Shown piece after piece: positions 12,731-24,093 of a stretch of DNA of 43,638 nt. The stretch lies in NCBI RefSeq assembly GCF_006345805.1, contig NW_021832717.1, positions 1-43,638 on the forward strand. Direction: 5' to 3'. This DNA comes from Octopus sinensis. Lineage: Eukaryota. The notes under the pieces are model-generated. The model did no database searches. It saw only the letters and a list, made by a program, of their open reading frames with translations, and was not told the DNA's origin. Made by a program: the position numbers and the translations under genes. The stretch's first letter is position 1; every line of letters starts with the position of its first letter.

Positions 12731-13720
12731 AGTCCGTGCTGCCTAAGAAAGTAACATTTAGTTCGTCATATATATGTACGTATGTATGTGTGTATGTATG
12801 CATACATGTGTGTATGTATGTACGTATGCATGTACGCACATACGCCTGTGTATGCATGTATGTATGTATGTATGTAGGTATGTATGTATGTATGTATGTA
12901 TGTATATATGTATGTGTGTGTATATGCACGCATACATACACTCTATAAAATATAAAGCTATAAACCTGTAGCGATGGATGGACGTAGAGTGACCACTCAT
13001 CACAACGCTATCAAATTTCAACTTCCTACGGCCGAAGCTAGAAAGTGAATTTATGACACTTGCTCCCAAAACTATACCCTAAAATCTATTATCAGATTTT
13101 TATCTCTATATCACAGAACTAAAGTTTTACTATTGTGCGTATGTATGTATGTGCGTATGTATGTATGTATGTATGTATGTATGTATGTATGTATGTGTGT
13201 ATGTATGTGTGTATGTACATACGTACGCATGTGCGTATATATGTGTACGCGCTCGTATGCATGTGCCCATGTATGTGTGTGCGTACATGTACGTGCGTAT
13301 GTACGTGTGTATGCCCATACGTAGGTATGTATGTATGTTTGTATTCATGTGCTACGTATGTATGTGAGTGTCTAGGAGAATGGGCAGATGTGTCTGTGAG
13401 AGTGTGTACATGTGTATGTGTATGTGAACGTATGTCCGTGTACTGGCATGTGTCCGTTCAAGTTGTGTACATGACTGTTACTTTGCTGAAGGTTGTATAC
13501 ATATTTACATATATGTTTGTATAGACGCACACATATATATATGTGTGTGGGTGTGTGTTTGTTCCTCTCATCATCGTCTAACCGTGAATGGATACAACGC
13601 CTAGGTGCAACTGTTCGTATCAAACAACGTCTGTTCATACCGTTGTATATAACTGCACATACGCAATGCAACCTGTATGTAAGGACTTCAGGTGAAAGGG
13701 AGAGAGAGAGAGAGGGGTGG

Positions 13721-16141
13721 TTATAGAATAGTCCTTCTGAATGGGATCTGGATGTTATTCCATTCGGACTTTCGGTTGAGAGTAGGTTTGTATTCTTGTA
13801 TACAAACAGCTTCTGTGACCTGTCTCAACATTGCATCGGTGGGATGTGTTGATAGGATGTTCAACTTAAGCTCCCCTAAGGATCCCTTGCGGCAGTCTAC
13901 AGCATGTTGGTAGAAGATGGAGTTTGGCTTCCTTTCAATGTAGTTTTCCAGGTGTTCTTTGAACCTATCATTGATGCTTCTAGAGGTCTCACCTATGTAC
14001 GACTCTGGGTTAGCCGCGCAAGCTCCCTCCTGGCACTTAATCTGGTATACAGTGCCCTTGGTTTTACAATTTACATGTGGATTTGTCGAACATACTGCAC
14101 AATTACTTTGACAGGTGATTCTATCAAATGGATATGATCTGCATAATGCCGATTTGATAGTCCTACCTGTCTTTTCTACAACTTTAACTTTTAGGCCCGT
14201 AGTGCGCAGGACTTTCTTGAATGCCTTACTTAGCTCGTTCTTAGGTGTGGCGTCAACGAACATCACTCCGTGAAATCTGTTATCGTACCAAGTAACGTTT
14301 CTCATCTTTTTGTTGGTGTCCCTCTCTAACCTATTCCAGAACTTGTTGCGGTACAGGGGGCATATACCGTTTTCGTCGTTCCTTAGAATGCGTTCGAATC
14401 TAGCTTTCGCTCCTTTGTACACCCTGACTCTATCGTCTTGTGTGTATCCGGAGCGTTGCATTCGGAATATGTAGTGCTGGATGTGTTGTTGTCGTTCTTG
14501 TGGTTGGCATAGTGGTGATACATTCCTCATTACTCTAACTAAGTCTGCCACTAGGATGTTGAATTTGGCAGTATCCGACATAGCTGAGTCACTACGGATT
14601 ACTAGTGGATTAGCCATCGGTTTCTGATAGTGTGAGTGGAGTATACATGGTTTAATGGTACCATTAACCATAGCATCTTCCATCCATAGCTCAGTATCTA
14701 GGACAGGTAATCGTTTACTGGGGTGTTTAGAGGGGTAGTCTATGGTAAGTTTTATACTGCTGTGGATAGAGTCAGCTATGTGTTGTATAGATGTCATCAC
14801 CTGTTCTTCACTTGGTAGAGGGCCCATAACTGTGTCTGTATTATATTTCACAACAAGGTTAATGTCGTCGACGTAACGAGAGTACATAGCCAAGTGGATG
14901 TTACGGTTTGCTAGGCACTGTTTAAAACGCTTGTCCCACCATACCATGAAGAGGTTAGCAACGTCTCCGGCGATCCCCACTCCAATAGCACCGCCTTTCG
15001 TTTGCTTATACAGTTTGTTGTCAAATTTAAAAATATGTGTTTTTAGCGTAAATCTCAGGCTGACACCGATAGCATGTGCGATGGTGGTTCTAATATCGTG
15101 TGCACTTGAGGGTGGGTGGTCCGGCTTTGTCCATCCTTGCCAGCGCTCACAGTGAGTCTTCCTGTAAGCTGAGGTAATGGTAGGTGGTCTACCGCGTTTG
15201 TTACGGGTGGGACAAGCATATAGAAGGTTATTGCGCGACAGGTATTCATTGGTACACGTCAGGGCCAGGAAGAGCCCTAGTTCATATACATCCACATTCT
15301 TAAATATCATACCACTCTCACTAACTATTTCTATACATTTATCGACAGCAAAGTCTATATCGATGGAGGGGTATAGTGATACCACATCCATGCTACCCAC
15401 GATGTGGTTCTTGAGGTCACACGTGTTGTTGCATTCGTGGATCCTGCTAAGGAGGTCCTCAGTACTGTCACATACATCCGCAGATAGTTCTATTAACGGT
15501 CGTAGGAATTGTGAGAGAAAGTATGATATTTTGTGGTTGTTTGCATTGTTGGCACCACAAACGGGTCGGGTGGGTGGCCCAAGTATATGGTCCGTGTGGC
15601 TCTTATGATCTTTGCGAAGGCCATATAGGGGTGGGATTTCGTTGTTGGTGGTTAAAAAGTTGTTAGCTGTGCGCTTCTCCGACTGGAAAATTATACTCCA
15701 CATCCCCATGTGAGCATTGACGATCTTTTCGTTCTCGATATATTCGAGTGTTGTGGTTTCTGTCATGTCTCTGATGTGTGGTTGCATGTTCGAGATGTAA
15801 TTAGGTATGTTGTCAACAGACATCCTACCTGATTTGTCAGTCGGGAAACATACAATCTCTCTGTTTTTGATGCGTCTTTTTAATATGTTAAGGCCTTTCT
15901 TAATTTTGATGTTAAGGTCGTGGGTCTTATTTACTGATCGTTCTTGTATATGCCTTTGGGTGTAATTGGAGAAGGCTGATAGAATCTTGGCTTTAGTAAG
16001 TGTAAACTTCGCTTCCAAAGCAGCGTCAGTATAGGGTGTCATGCATACTCTTTTGTTGAAGGGTAAGTTGGTAGGGTAGACCCTTTTCATGTCGAATGAC
16101 ATGTCACGTTTATCATAAAAGCAACGGTTATAGTCAGGCAT
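13721..16141 (-). CDS. PLE reverse transcriptase / GIY-YIG endonuclease (806-aa open part; N-terminus likely extends to 16683 across two frameshifts)
   Basis: PTDKSGR, LYGLRKDHK, PTRPVCG, SMDVVSLYPSI, QTKGGAIG, RYVDD, LPVLD; Cys-rich linker CQSNCAVC; VYQIKC...YIGETSR...RFKEH...EAVCI...LNRKSE. Confidence 0.93.
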   Translation of the reverse strand: MPDYNRCFYDKRDMSFDMKRVYPTNLPFNKRVCMTPYTDAALEAKFTLTKAKILSAFSNYTQRHIQERSVNKTHDLNIKIKKGLNILKRRIKNREIVCFPTDKSGRMSVDNIPNYISNMQPHIRDMTETTTLEYIENEKIVNAHMGMWSIIFQSEKRTANNFLTTNNEIPPLYGLRKDHKSHTDHILGPPTRPVCGANNANNHKISYFLSQFLRPLIELSADVCDSTEDLLSRIHECNNTCDLKNHIVGSMDVVSLYPSIDIDFAVDKCIEIVSESGMIFKNVDVYELGLFLALTCTNEYLSRNNLLYACPTRNKRGRPPTITSAYRKTHCERWQGWTKPDHPPSSAHDIRTTIAHAIGVSLRFTLKTHIFKFDNKLYKQTKGGAIGVGIAGDVANLFMVWWDKRFKQCLANRNIHLAMYSRYVDDINLVVKYNTDTVMGPLPSEEQVMTSIQHIADSIHSSIKLTIDYPSKHPSKRLPVLDTELWMEDAMVNGTIKPCILHSHYQKPMANPLVIRSDSAMSDTAKFNILVADLVRVMRNVSPLCQPQERQQHIQHYIFRMQRSGYTQDDRVRVYKGAKARFERILRNDENGICPLYRNKFWNRLERDTNKKMRNVTWYDNRFHGVMFVDATPKNELSKAFKKVLRTTGLKVKVVEKTGRTIKSALCRSYPFDRITCQSNCAVCSTNPHVNCKTKGTVYQIKCQEGACAANPESYIGETSRSINDRFKEHLENYIERKPNSIFYQHAVDCRKGSLGELKLNILSTHPTDAMLRQVTEAVCIQEYKPTLNRKSEWNNIQIPFRRTIL

Positions 16142-16683
16142 GTATTATCGATTCAGTTTTGACAAACTGTTTAGTTGTTTTTTGGTTGTATGGTAGTTGT
16201 ATCGTCCATGTCAGTTTCTCTTCAAAGTGTTGTACGCACCTGTTCCATACAGAGTTACTTTCACGACGGAGTAGTTCTTTCAACTGTTTGAATTCTTGAT
16301 TAGTAAGTAAGTCCTTCACTTTAGCGAGGGCATCTCGCTTTTCCTTGTCTTTAGTGGCAAGGACTTTAGTATAGCTCGGACTTCAGGTTCGTCATTAAAA
16401 TGCGTTTTAGTCTCGACGCTTGTCCCTTCTTCAGGTTCAGTGCTTCGACTGTATTGTAAATCCTTTTCGGGTAAACCTTCAGTGAGATGCAGTGTCTAAT
16501 GAAATGAAGCTGTTGCTTAGCTGTTATTCTTCTCAAGCAACAAGTAACGGCTGTCCTCAGAGTTTTGGTAGCCTGGCTCAAGCTTTCGGAATTACGGAGA
16601 TGTACTCGCATAGCAAGTAATTTGATCTGAGATCGTGTGCTGAAACGAAAACAATTGCAGCGTGGAAGGTGTTTATAAGCCAT
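16134..16683 (-). pseudogene. Frameshifted N-terminal part of the PLE ORF
   Basis: ATG at 16683 within pLTR sequence; frame 16683-16366 shifts by 1 nt near 16370 into TKVLATKDKEKRDALAKVKDLL..., which overlaps the 806-aa ORF start. Confidence 0.6.
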
Positions 16684-17163
16684 TTAAGAAACACACAAAA
16701 GCCGTTCGATTCACTTCAACATTTAAGTAAAACTTTAGTTCTGTGATATAGAGATAAAAATCTGATAATAGATTTTAGGGTATAGTTTTGGGAGCAAGTG
16801 TCATAAATTCACTTTCTAGCTTCGGTCGTAGGAAGTTGAAATTTGATAGCGTTGTGATGAGTGGTCACTCTACGTCCATCCATCGCTACAGGTTTATAGC
16901 TTTATATTTTATAGAGTGTATGTGCGTGCATATACACACACATACATATATGTATGTATGTATGTATGTAAATACATACATACATACATACATACATACA
17001 TACATACATACATACATACATACATACATACATACATGCATACACAGGCGTATGTGCGTACATGCATACGTACATACATACACACATGTATGCATACATA
17101 CACACATACATACGTACATATATATGACAAACTAAATGTTACTTTCTTAGATGCAGCACGGAC

Positions 17164-17213
17164 TTTGTCAGTGAACAGGTCGCGGATTTTAGCGACGAAA
17201 ATATTTTGACAAA
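17164..17213 (+). ncRNA. Variant hammerhead (G3:C8 core) in the inverted pLTR
   Basis: tttgtca-GTGAACA-g-gtcgc(ggatttta)gcgac-GAAA-atat-TT-tgacaaa: 7-bp stem I, 5-bp stem II, palindromic aatatt. Confidence 0.72.
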
Positions 17214-17564
17214 TTAAACTTAAATGTTGAAGTGAATCGAACGGCTTTTGTGTGTTTCTTAACACCTTCCACGCTGCAATTGTTTTCGTTTCAGCACACG
17301 ATCTCAGATCAAATTACTTGCTATGCGAGTACATCTCCGTAATATATATATATATATATATGTATGTATATATATATATATGCATATATGTATGCATATA
17401 TATATATATATATGCCACATATATATATGTAAGTATATATGTACATATAATAAGTATGTATACAAACACACGCATATATGTGCGCATATACATGTGTGTA
17501 TGTTGATGTATATAAAGGTAGAAAGACGTACACATATACATCCATATATATGTTTGTGTCTTTG

Positions 17565-17604
<40 letters not shown>

Positions 17605-17619
17605 CATCCATCTATCCAA

Positions 17620-17681
<62 letters not shown>

Positions 17682-18001
17682 CTATCTATCTATCTATTTA
17701 TCCATCCAAACACACACACACACACATATATATATACATACACATATATACACATACACATTTGTATGGATGTATATGTACTCATTCACATTTTCACTTC
17801 AACTATTAAATAGTAAATGCTGTCGCGCACAGTCACAAGTAGAAGACCATGTCGACACAGATATCGAGGCAAATTAAAGCTACATATACGTGAAATACAG
17901 CCATCATGGGCTATCATAAATGTACGAAAATATGAGCATGTATACACACAGCTTATCCATCCATGCATCCATGCATCCATGCATCCATATATATATATAT
18001 A

Positions 18002-18397
18002 CTAGCAGTATCGCCCGGCGTTGCTCGGATTTGTAAGGGAAATAACTATATAAGCATTTTTAGAGAGTTATAGCCAAAAAATAGCAAAAAAATGCATTAA
18101 AAATTGAAAAAAAATCAAGGTAAATTTTTTTTTTAAATCGTTGACACATCATAGATATTTTTAGAGAGTTACTTCCCTTATATAAAAGCGAAAAAATGCA
18201 TTAAAATGGAAAAATATGATGGTAAATTTTTTTTAAATCGTAGACTCATCGTAGACGCGCGCTAATACCCAGAAGGGCTCGATATGAATCACGACTATAA
18301 GATACCCGCTTTTGGTTAAACTGCACCGCAAAATGTGGGAGTAGTTACGAATCTAAATCGTAGGAGACAGACACACAACTTCACTCTTATATAAAGA
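18002..18397 (-). mobile_element. Non-autonomous Helitron, family A
   Basis: Minus strand A|TC...hairpin ccgagcaacgccgg...CTAG|T; homologous to 19563-19958 and 25981-26375. Confidence 0.85.
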
Positions 18398-18599
18398 TGC
18401 TTTTTTTTTTTCAGTCATAGAGTTAGATTTATGAAGGTCTTCAGTAGAAAATCCTTCGAATTCTGACTCGCTGCTTGATATAATGAAATTCGTATCCATT
18501 TTTTGTCAGAATTACAAATTTTGAAAACACAATAGGAACAAATTTCGGAAAAAAATCTCCCATAATTCACGGAATTAAAATTACACTTCGATTTTTGTA

Positions 18600-18728
18600 C
18601 AAAACTGTATTTGAAGTGTTTACGAAGTATAATACGTGTTTTCACGAATGTACTAAAGAGATTTACTCTGATATTCTCATTTAAATATGAATAAGTAAAT
18701 TCGGGCGGTTTGGTAACGAAAGGGTTAA
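18600..18728. mobile_element. Possible piggyBac-like terminus; partner end not seen, left boundary approximate
   Basis: ...ttggtaacgaaaGGG|TTAA at 18709-18728. Confidence 0.35.
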
Positions 18729-18798
18729 ACGGATGCATACATAACTATATATAAGTGTCATCTGTTTATACATAAACACTGTTTCATACTTTCAGTTT

Positions 18799-19244
18799 AG
18801 TCTTCCTCAAATCACTCTGTCGCTATTTACTCTCTTCCAAGAACATTTTCACTCACTCTTATCTCTTAGCTTGCCATACATTTTACTCATGTATCTATCA
18901 GCGTGATAGACAGAAACAAATATTACATCGCCATCGCATTCTATTGTCTACCTGTCAACACACACACAGTGAATTAGTTTCAATTTATTCGTTGCACACT
19001 GTGTGTGTGCGTTTGCGTGTGCTGTAAACCAGACTAAGAAAAGCATTTGACATACACACCAGAATGTGAGTTTTCTGTAAATTTTGCTTAATTGGAGTTT
19101 AAATTTTAAAAACTGGACCTGGCATGACCCGATGCATTCTACTCTTAAAAATGCTAGGTAAATTGTAATTGAAGAAATCCTATATTGTAGATTTCTATAA
19201 GTGACAAAGGGAGGCAGATAAAATCTGCCTTTTATAATAAGAGA
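18799..19244 (-). mobile_element. Dispersed repeat, probable Helitron 5' segment (family B), copy 1
   Basis: Highly similar to 21037-21474; minus strand starts A|TCTCTTATTATAAAAGGCAG with hairpin ggcagat/atctgcc; no 3' CTAG end seen. Confidence 0.6.
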
Positions 19245-19562
19245 TACTCGCTAATTGTAAATATTGACATTTGCAAATATCTCATCTGATTTCCTTCAAA
19301 CCGGACACGTTTCCCTCAGATTTATATAGACGGAATTTACGAGACATCAAACCTCATGTCATTCGAAGTATGAAGTGAGAATTCAGGAAAAAAAAAAGTT
19401 CGAGGTTAAAAAATTTTTTTTTTAATGAATATGAATTTGTTGTATAGTGCTCAGGTGCACTAAAACTAAAAAAAAAAAAGGACACGCGATAAAAGACCAC
19501 AGGAAATTTCCAATTAAATCGCCGATTTAACGAACCTGTTTTTGTTTCATTTTATTTTAAGA

Positions 19563-19958
19563 CTAGCAGTATTGCCCGGCGTTGCTCGGGTTTGTAAGGG
19601 AAATAATTATATAAGCATTTTTAGAGATGTAAAGTATAATAGCCATCTCAATATGGCTAACCACAAAGGGGGAGGGGTGTTACTGTAGCTTTTTACGTTC
19701 TGAGATTTAATAATAAATTTTAGAGAGTTACTTCCCTTATATATGTCAAAAATGGATTAAAAATGGGAAAAATTGATGGTAAATTTTTTTTTTAAATCGT
19801 AGACTCATCGTAGATGCGCGCTAATACTCAGACGGGCTCGATATGAATTACGACTATAAGATACTCGGTTTTGGTTAAACTGCACCGCAAAATGTGGGAG
19901 TAGTTAGGAATCTAAATCGTAGGAGTCAGACACACAACCTCACTTTTATATATAAAGA
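19563..19958 (-). mobile_element. Non-autonomous Helitron, family A
   Basis: Same TC/CTAG termini, AT target and hairpin (cccggcgttgctcggg). Confidence 0.85.
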
Positions 19959-20052
19959 TTTCCTCTATTTACATAATATTGAGGTCTCTTTCTTTCTTTT
20001 GTTATCTTACTGTTTTTACCAATATACATATATATATATAAATATATATATA

Positions 20053-20370
20053 GTTACAGAGATGTACTTGCATAGCAAGTGACTTGATCTGAGATCGTGT
20101 GCTGGAACGAAAACAGTTGCAGCGTTGAAGGTGTTTATAAGCCATTTAAGAAACACACAAAACCGTTAGATTCACTTCAACATTTAAATTTAATTTGCCA
20201 AAATATTTCGTCGCTTTGAGACCGCGACCTGTTAGCACGATATTTTTGTCAGTGAACAGGTCGCGGTCTCAAAGCGAGGAAAATTTGGCAAATTAAATTT
20301 AAATGTTGAAGTGAATCTAACGGTTTTGTTGTGTTTCTTAAATGGCTTACAAACACCTTCCACGCTGCAA
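20053..20370. mobile_element. Foldback made of two inverted pLTR ends of the same PLE family
   Basis: Arms 20117-20233 and 20255-20370 are reverse complements, homologous to 16590-16728 and 17156-17280; (TA)n flanks. Confidence 0.88.
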
Positions 20371-20454
20371 TATATATATACACACATATATATATATGTA
20401 TTTATGTATGTATGTGTGTATAGTGTATGCATGTATGTGTGTGGTGTGGTGTGT

Positions 20455-20680
20455 GTCTGCGTGTCTGTGCTTGTGATTGTCCTCCACCACTGCTTGACAA
20501 CGAATGTTGGTTTGTTTACATCCCTGTCACCTAGTGGTTTGACAAAGGAAACAGATAGAATAAGTACAATGCTTACAAAAATAAAACTGGAGTTGATTCA
20601 TTAAACTACAATTCTTCAAGGCATTGCCCCAGCATGGCCACAGACCAATGGCTGGAAAAAGCAGAAGAATAAAAGAATAC
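20455..20680 (+). mobile_element. SINE 3' half (family of 23635-24030)
   Basis: gcttgacaac..tggtttgtttaca..gatagaataagtac..ccagcatggccacag..aagaataaaagaa. Confidence 0.7.
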
Positions 20681-20725
20681 ATTCTCTGCTTTGGTCTTAT
20701 GTTCAAGGCATGAGAAGGCCTAACA

Positions 20726-21000
20726 GACCTGGTAGAAACAGCAGCCAAATCTCCCTCAAATCACACCTTACTGTCTTATGTATGTATATATATATGAGCC
20801 AATGAGGGGGACCTCTACATGGTAGCTAGACCTGGTAGAAATAGCAGCCAAATTTCCCCCAAATCACACCTTACTGTCTTATCTATGTATATATGTATGT
20901 ATGAGCCTATGAGGGAGACCCCTACATGGCAGCTAGACATGGTAGAAATAGCAGCCAAATCTCCCTCAAATCACACCTTACTGTCTTATGTATGTATATA
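20726..21000. repeat. ~105-bp tandem repeat, ~2.6 copies
   Basis: agac(c/a)tggtagaaa(c/t)agcagccaaat..tcacaccttactgtctta at 20726, 20828 and 20935. Confidence 0.85.
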
Positions 21001-21036
21001 TATATATATACAAGCCACTACGGTTATTTAATGTAA

Positions 21037-21471
21037 AGTCTTCCTCAAATCAATCTCTCGCTATTTACTCTCTTCCAAGAACATTTTCACTCACTCTTAT
21101 CTCTTAGCTTCCCATACATTTTACTCATGTATCATCAGCATCATAGACAGAAACAAATATTACATCGCCATCGCATTCTATTGTCTACCTGTCAAACACA
21201 GTGAATTAGTTTCAGTTTATTCGTTGCACACTGTGTGTGTGCGTTTGCGTGTGCTGTAACCCAAACTAAGAAAAGCATTTGACATATACACCACAATGTG
21301 AGTTTTCTCTAAATTTTGCTTAATTGGGGTTGAAATTTTAAAAACCGGACCTGGCAAAACCCGATGCATTCTACTCTTAAAAATGCTAGGTAAATTGTAA
21401 TTGAAGAAATCCTATATTGTAGATTTCTATAAGTGACAAAGGGAGGCAGATAAAATCTGCCTTTTATAATA

Positions 21472-21474
<3 letters not shown>
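21037..21474 (-). mobile_element. Dispersed repeat, probable Helitron 5' segment (family B), copy 2
   Basis: Direct repeat of 18799-19244. Confidence 0.6.
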
Positions 21475-21546
<72 letters not shown>

Positions 21547-21819
21547 GAAAAAAAACTACCTTTTATCAATTCAGAATGAACAATTAAATTACACCATCTA
21601 GAAAATTACATATAGTAGAAATATTAAAATTAAAATAACAATAAAATATCAATGATTATGTAAATTGCAAAAAAATAATAATAAAAACGTATATAATTTG
21701 TAGAATAACGACACGTGTTTCGTGGCTATATTTAAGAAATGATTATAGTAGTAGAGAAATCACTACTTGTAAGTTTGGATTTTATTTCTCAAATAATAAT
21801 TATAATATATATATAACGT

Positions 21820-21879
<60 letters not shown>

Positions 21880-22606
21880 CACTGGGGAATAGGGCTTTGC
21901 TGTCTGATGTTGGAAACCTGTTTCCTACTAATTCTGGGGTGCTGATTCGAAAAATGAAATCCATTTTGCTCTATTACGTCAAGATTTTTCACAAACTTAG
22001 ATGTCCATTTTTCAACATTTCTGGTATTTTCACCCTTTCTAAGGATAGCTTTGACTTCATCAAATGCGAACCCATGTATGGAGCTTGACATAACTTGGAA
22101 AATATAGTTTTTCAATGTCATTTAAAGTAAGTACAGCTGCAAAAGTGAAAACAAAAGTCATGATTTAAGTATCTTCAGTAAATAAAATGTACCAAACTTG
22201 AGCAACTTTGCACTGTTTTCAACCTAACCAGTTTCAAATGTCATAACGATGATAGAAATGTCCTTTATACAATTAAATGTTAAGAAACAACATATTTTGT
22301 GGTTCTCGACACCATACATGTCTCACATTTGCAGAATTTATCTGCAGACATGCGCACGCTCTGCTTAATCTAGTGTGACTATCGTTGCAAACTTTTGAGA
22401 TATGTTTTGTTGCACTTTTAAACCATTTCTTATGAAAACTGGTATTTTGAACGTGCCCTTAATGTTTTGATTGTGAGGTCACATGGGTCAAGGTCACCTT
22501 TCGTTAAGCAAGGTCAAAGAACTGTAAAAGGAACTTCATCGTATGTATGCTCTTTATGGAACTTTGCCAACACAAATCTGCATTTGGTTACTTTATAGCT
22601 GTTGAC

Positions 22607-22892
22607 CAGTGGCGGACTGGCCTTATTGTCAGCTTACCCGATGGCAAGTGGGCCCCTGCGCCATTAGAATCCATATATGGGGCCCGTGTTAGTATCTAAG
22701 GAGCCCATCCCCTCAAGTTTGAGAGTTTCTTTTCACTCCTGCAAGAATGCATTAATTCTTTCAGCCTGGCTGTGTTTGTAGACAGTTGAAAAGAATGATT
22801 AAAAAAAAAATTAAATGATAGCATTGTAATTGTGGGTGACCCCCCCCCTTAGTCTCCTGGTAACCAATATTTTTAGACCCTGTCCGTCACTG
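22607..22892. mobile_element. hAT-type MITE
   Basis: TIRs cagtggcggactgg / cctgtccgtcactg; 8-bp flanks ctgttgac / cagttgat (6/8 match, degenerate TSD). Confidence 0.7.
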
Positions 22893-23634
22893 CAGTTGAT
22901 TATACTGAAAATGCTTTTCCCAGGTGACAACTGGCTTGAATATATTTTGTGTTTCAGAAATATAGCCAGTTGTAGGAGAAGGGAATGTAAAAACAGCTCC
23001 GAAGTTTTCTGCTTATTTCTGGATTAGGCAGTGAAACAAAATCACAGATTTTGTGGAGAAAGCTTACCTTACTTCCTTAAGCATGAAACTGGGTGACAAG
23101 ACAAAACCTGGGTGCCCCACATAGTGTGCAAGACAAGTGTTGAAACACTGAGACAGCGACTGCTTCAAATACTTAAGCAAAAATTTTCCAGCTTTGTCTC
23201 GTGAGAAAATTAAGGTTGGGGTGTTTGATGGGCCACATATTAGCTATTTCAGGACGAGCTATTTTTGGAGACCATGTTTGGCATTGAAAAAAAGCATGGA
23301 ATGTTTTTGTTGCAGTTGTAACTGATTTCCTGAGAAACAGGAAGACATCAAATTATGCAGACTCTGTTAACCAGTTTATATATATACGTATATATATATA
23401 TAATACTGGGGTACAGGGTTTTGTTGTCTGATGTTGGAAACCTGTTTCCTACTAATTCTGGGGTACTAATTCTGATTTGAAAAAAGAAATCCATTTTGCT
23501 CTATTACGTCAAGAATTTCCACAAACTTAGATGTCCTTTTTTCAACAATTCTGGTATTTTCACCCTTTCTAAGGATGGCTTTGACTTCATCAAATGCGAA
23601 CCCATGTATGGAGTATGACATAACTTGGAATATA

Positions 23635-24030
23635 TGGTAAGTAGCTTGCTTACGAACCACATGGTTCCGGGTTTAGTCCCACTGCGTGGCACCTTGGGCA
23701 AGTGCCTTTTACTATAGTCTCGGGCCGACCAAAGCCTTGTGAGTGGATTTGGTAGACGGAAACTGAAAGAGGCCTGTCGTATATATGTATATATATATAT
23801 GTATATATGTGTATGTATATGTTTGTGTGTCTGTTTGTCCCCCTAGCATTGCTTGACAACCGATGCTGGTGTGTTTACGTCCCCGTCAATTAGCGGTTCG
23901 GCAAAAGAGACCGATAGAATAAGTACTGGGCTTACAAAGAATAAGTCCCGGGGTAGAGCTGCTCGATCAAAGGCGGTGCTCCAGCATGGCCGCAGTCAAA
24001 TGACTGAAACAAGTAAAAGAGTAAAAGAGT
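23635..24030 (+). mobile_element. tRNA-derived SINE with internal microsatellite
   Basis: tggtaagtagcttgct..ggtttagtccc (B-box-like), body, (TA/TG)n linker and gtaaaaga-repeat tail; several homologues in the window. Confidence 0.85.
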
Positions 24031-24043
24031 ATATATATATATA

Positions 24044-24083
<40 letters not shown>

Positions 24084-24093
24084 TATATATATA

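Larger units (their letters stand above)
12598..17343 (-). mobile_element. Penelope-like retroelement, near full length, with direct 3' pLTR and inverted 5' pLTR
   Basis: RT plus GIY-YIG ORF; 12598-12678 repeats ~16649-16728 directly; 16726-~17260 is the inverted copy of 13131-~12635; ~17219-17343 is inverted relative to 16590-16728; (TA)n at both ends. Confidence 0.93.

Noticed and set aside
12598-16683. Selenocysteine recoding, as reported for some Naiad PLEs
   Set aside because: No in-frame TGA in the 806-aa ORF; the TGA at 16134-16136 is followed two codons later by TAA; no convincing SECIS seen by eye in the 3' region (a SECISearch run would settle it).
21700-21730. Half-hammerheads GAAA-cacgtg-TC (minus strand) and GAAA-cgatcg-TC at ~3691-3703 (minus strand)
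   Set aside because: Palindromic stem III and triplet present, but no CUGANGA partner found; probably decayed PLE remnants.
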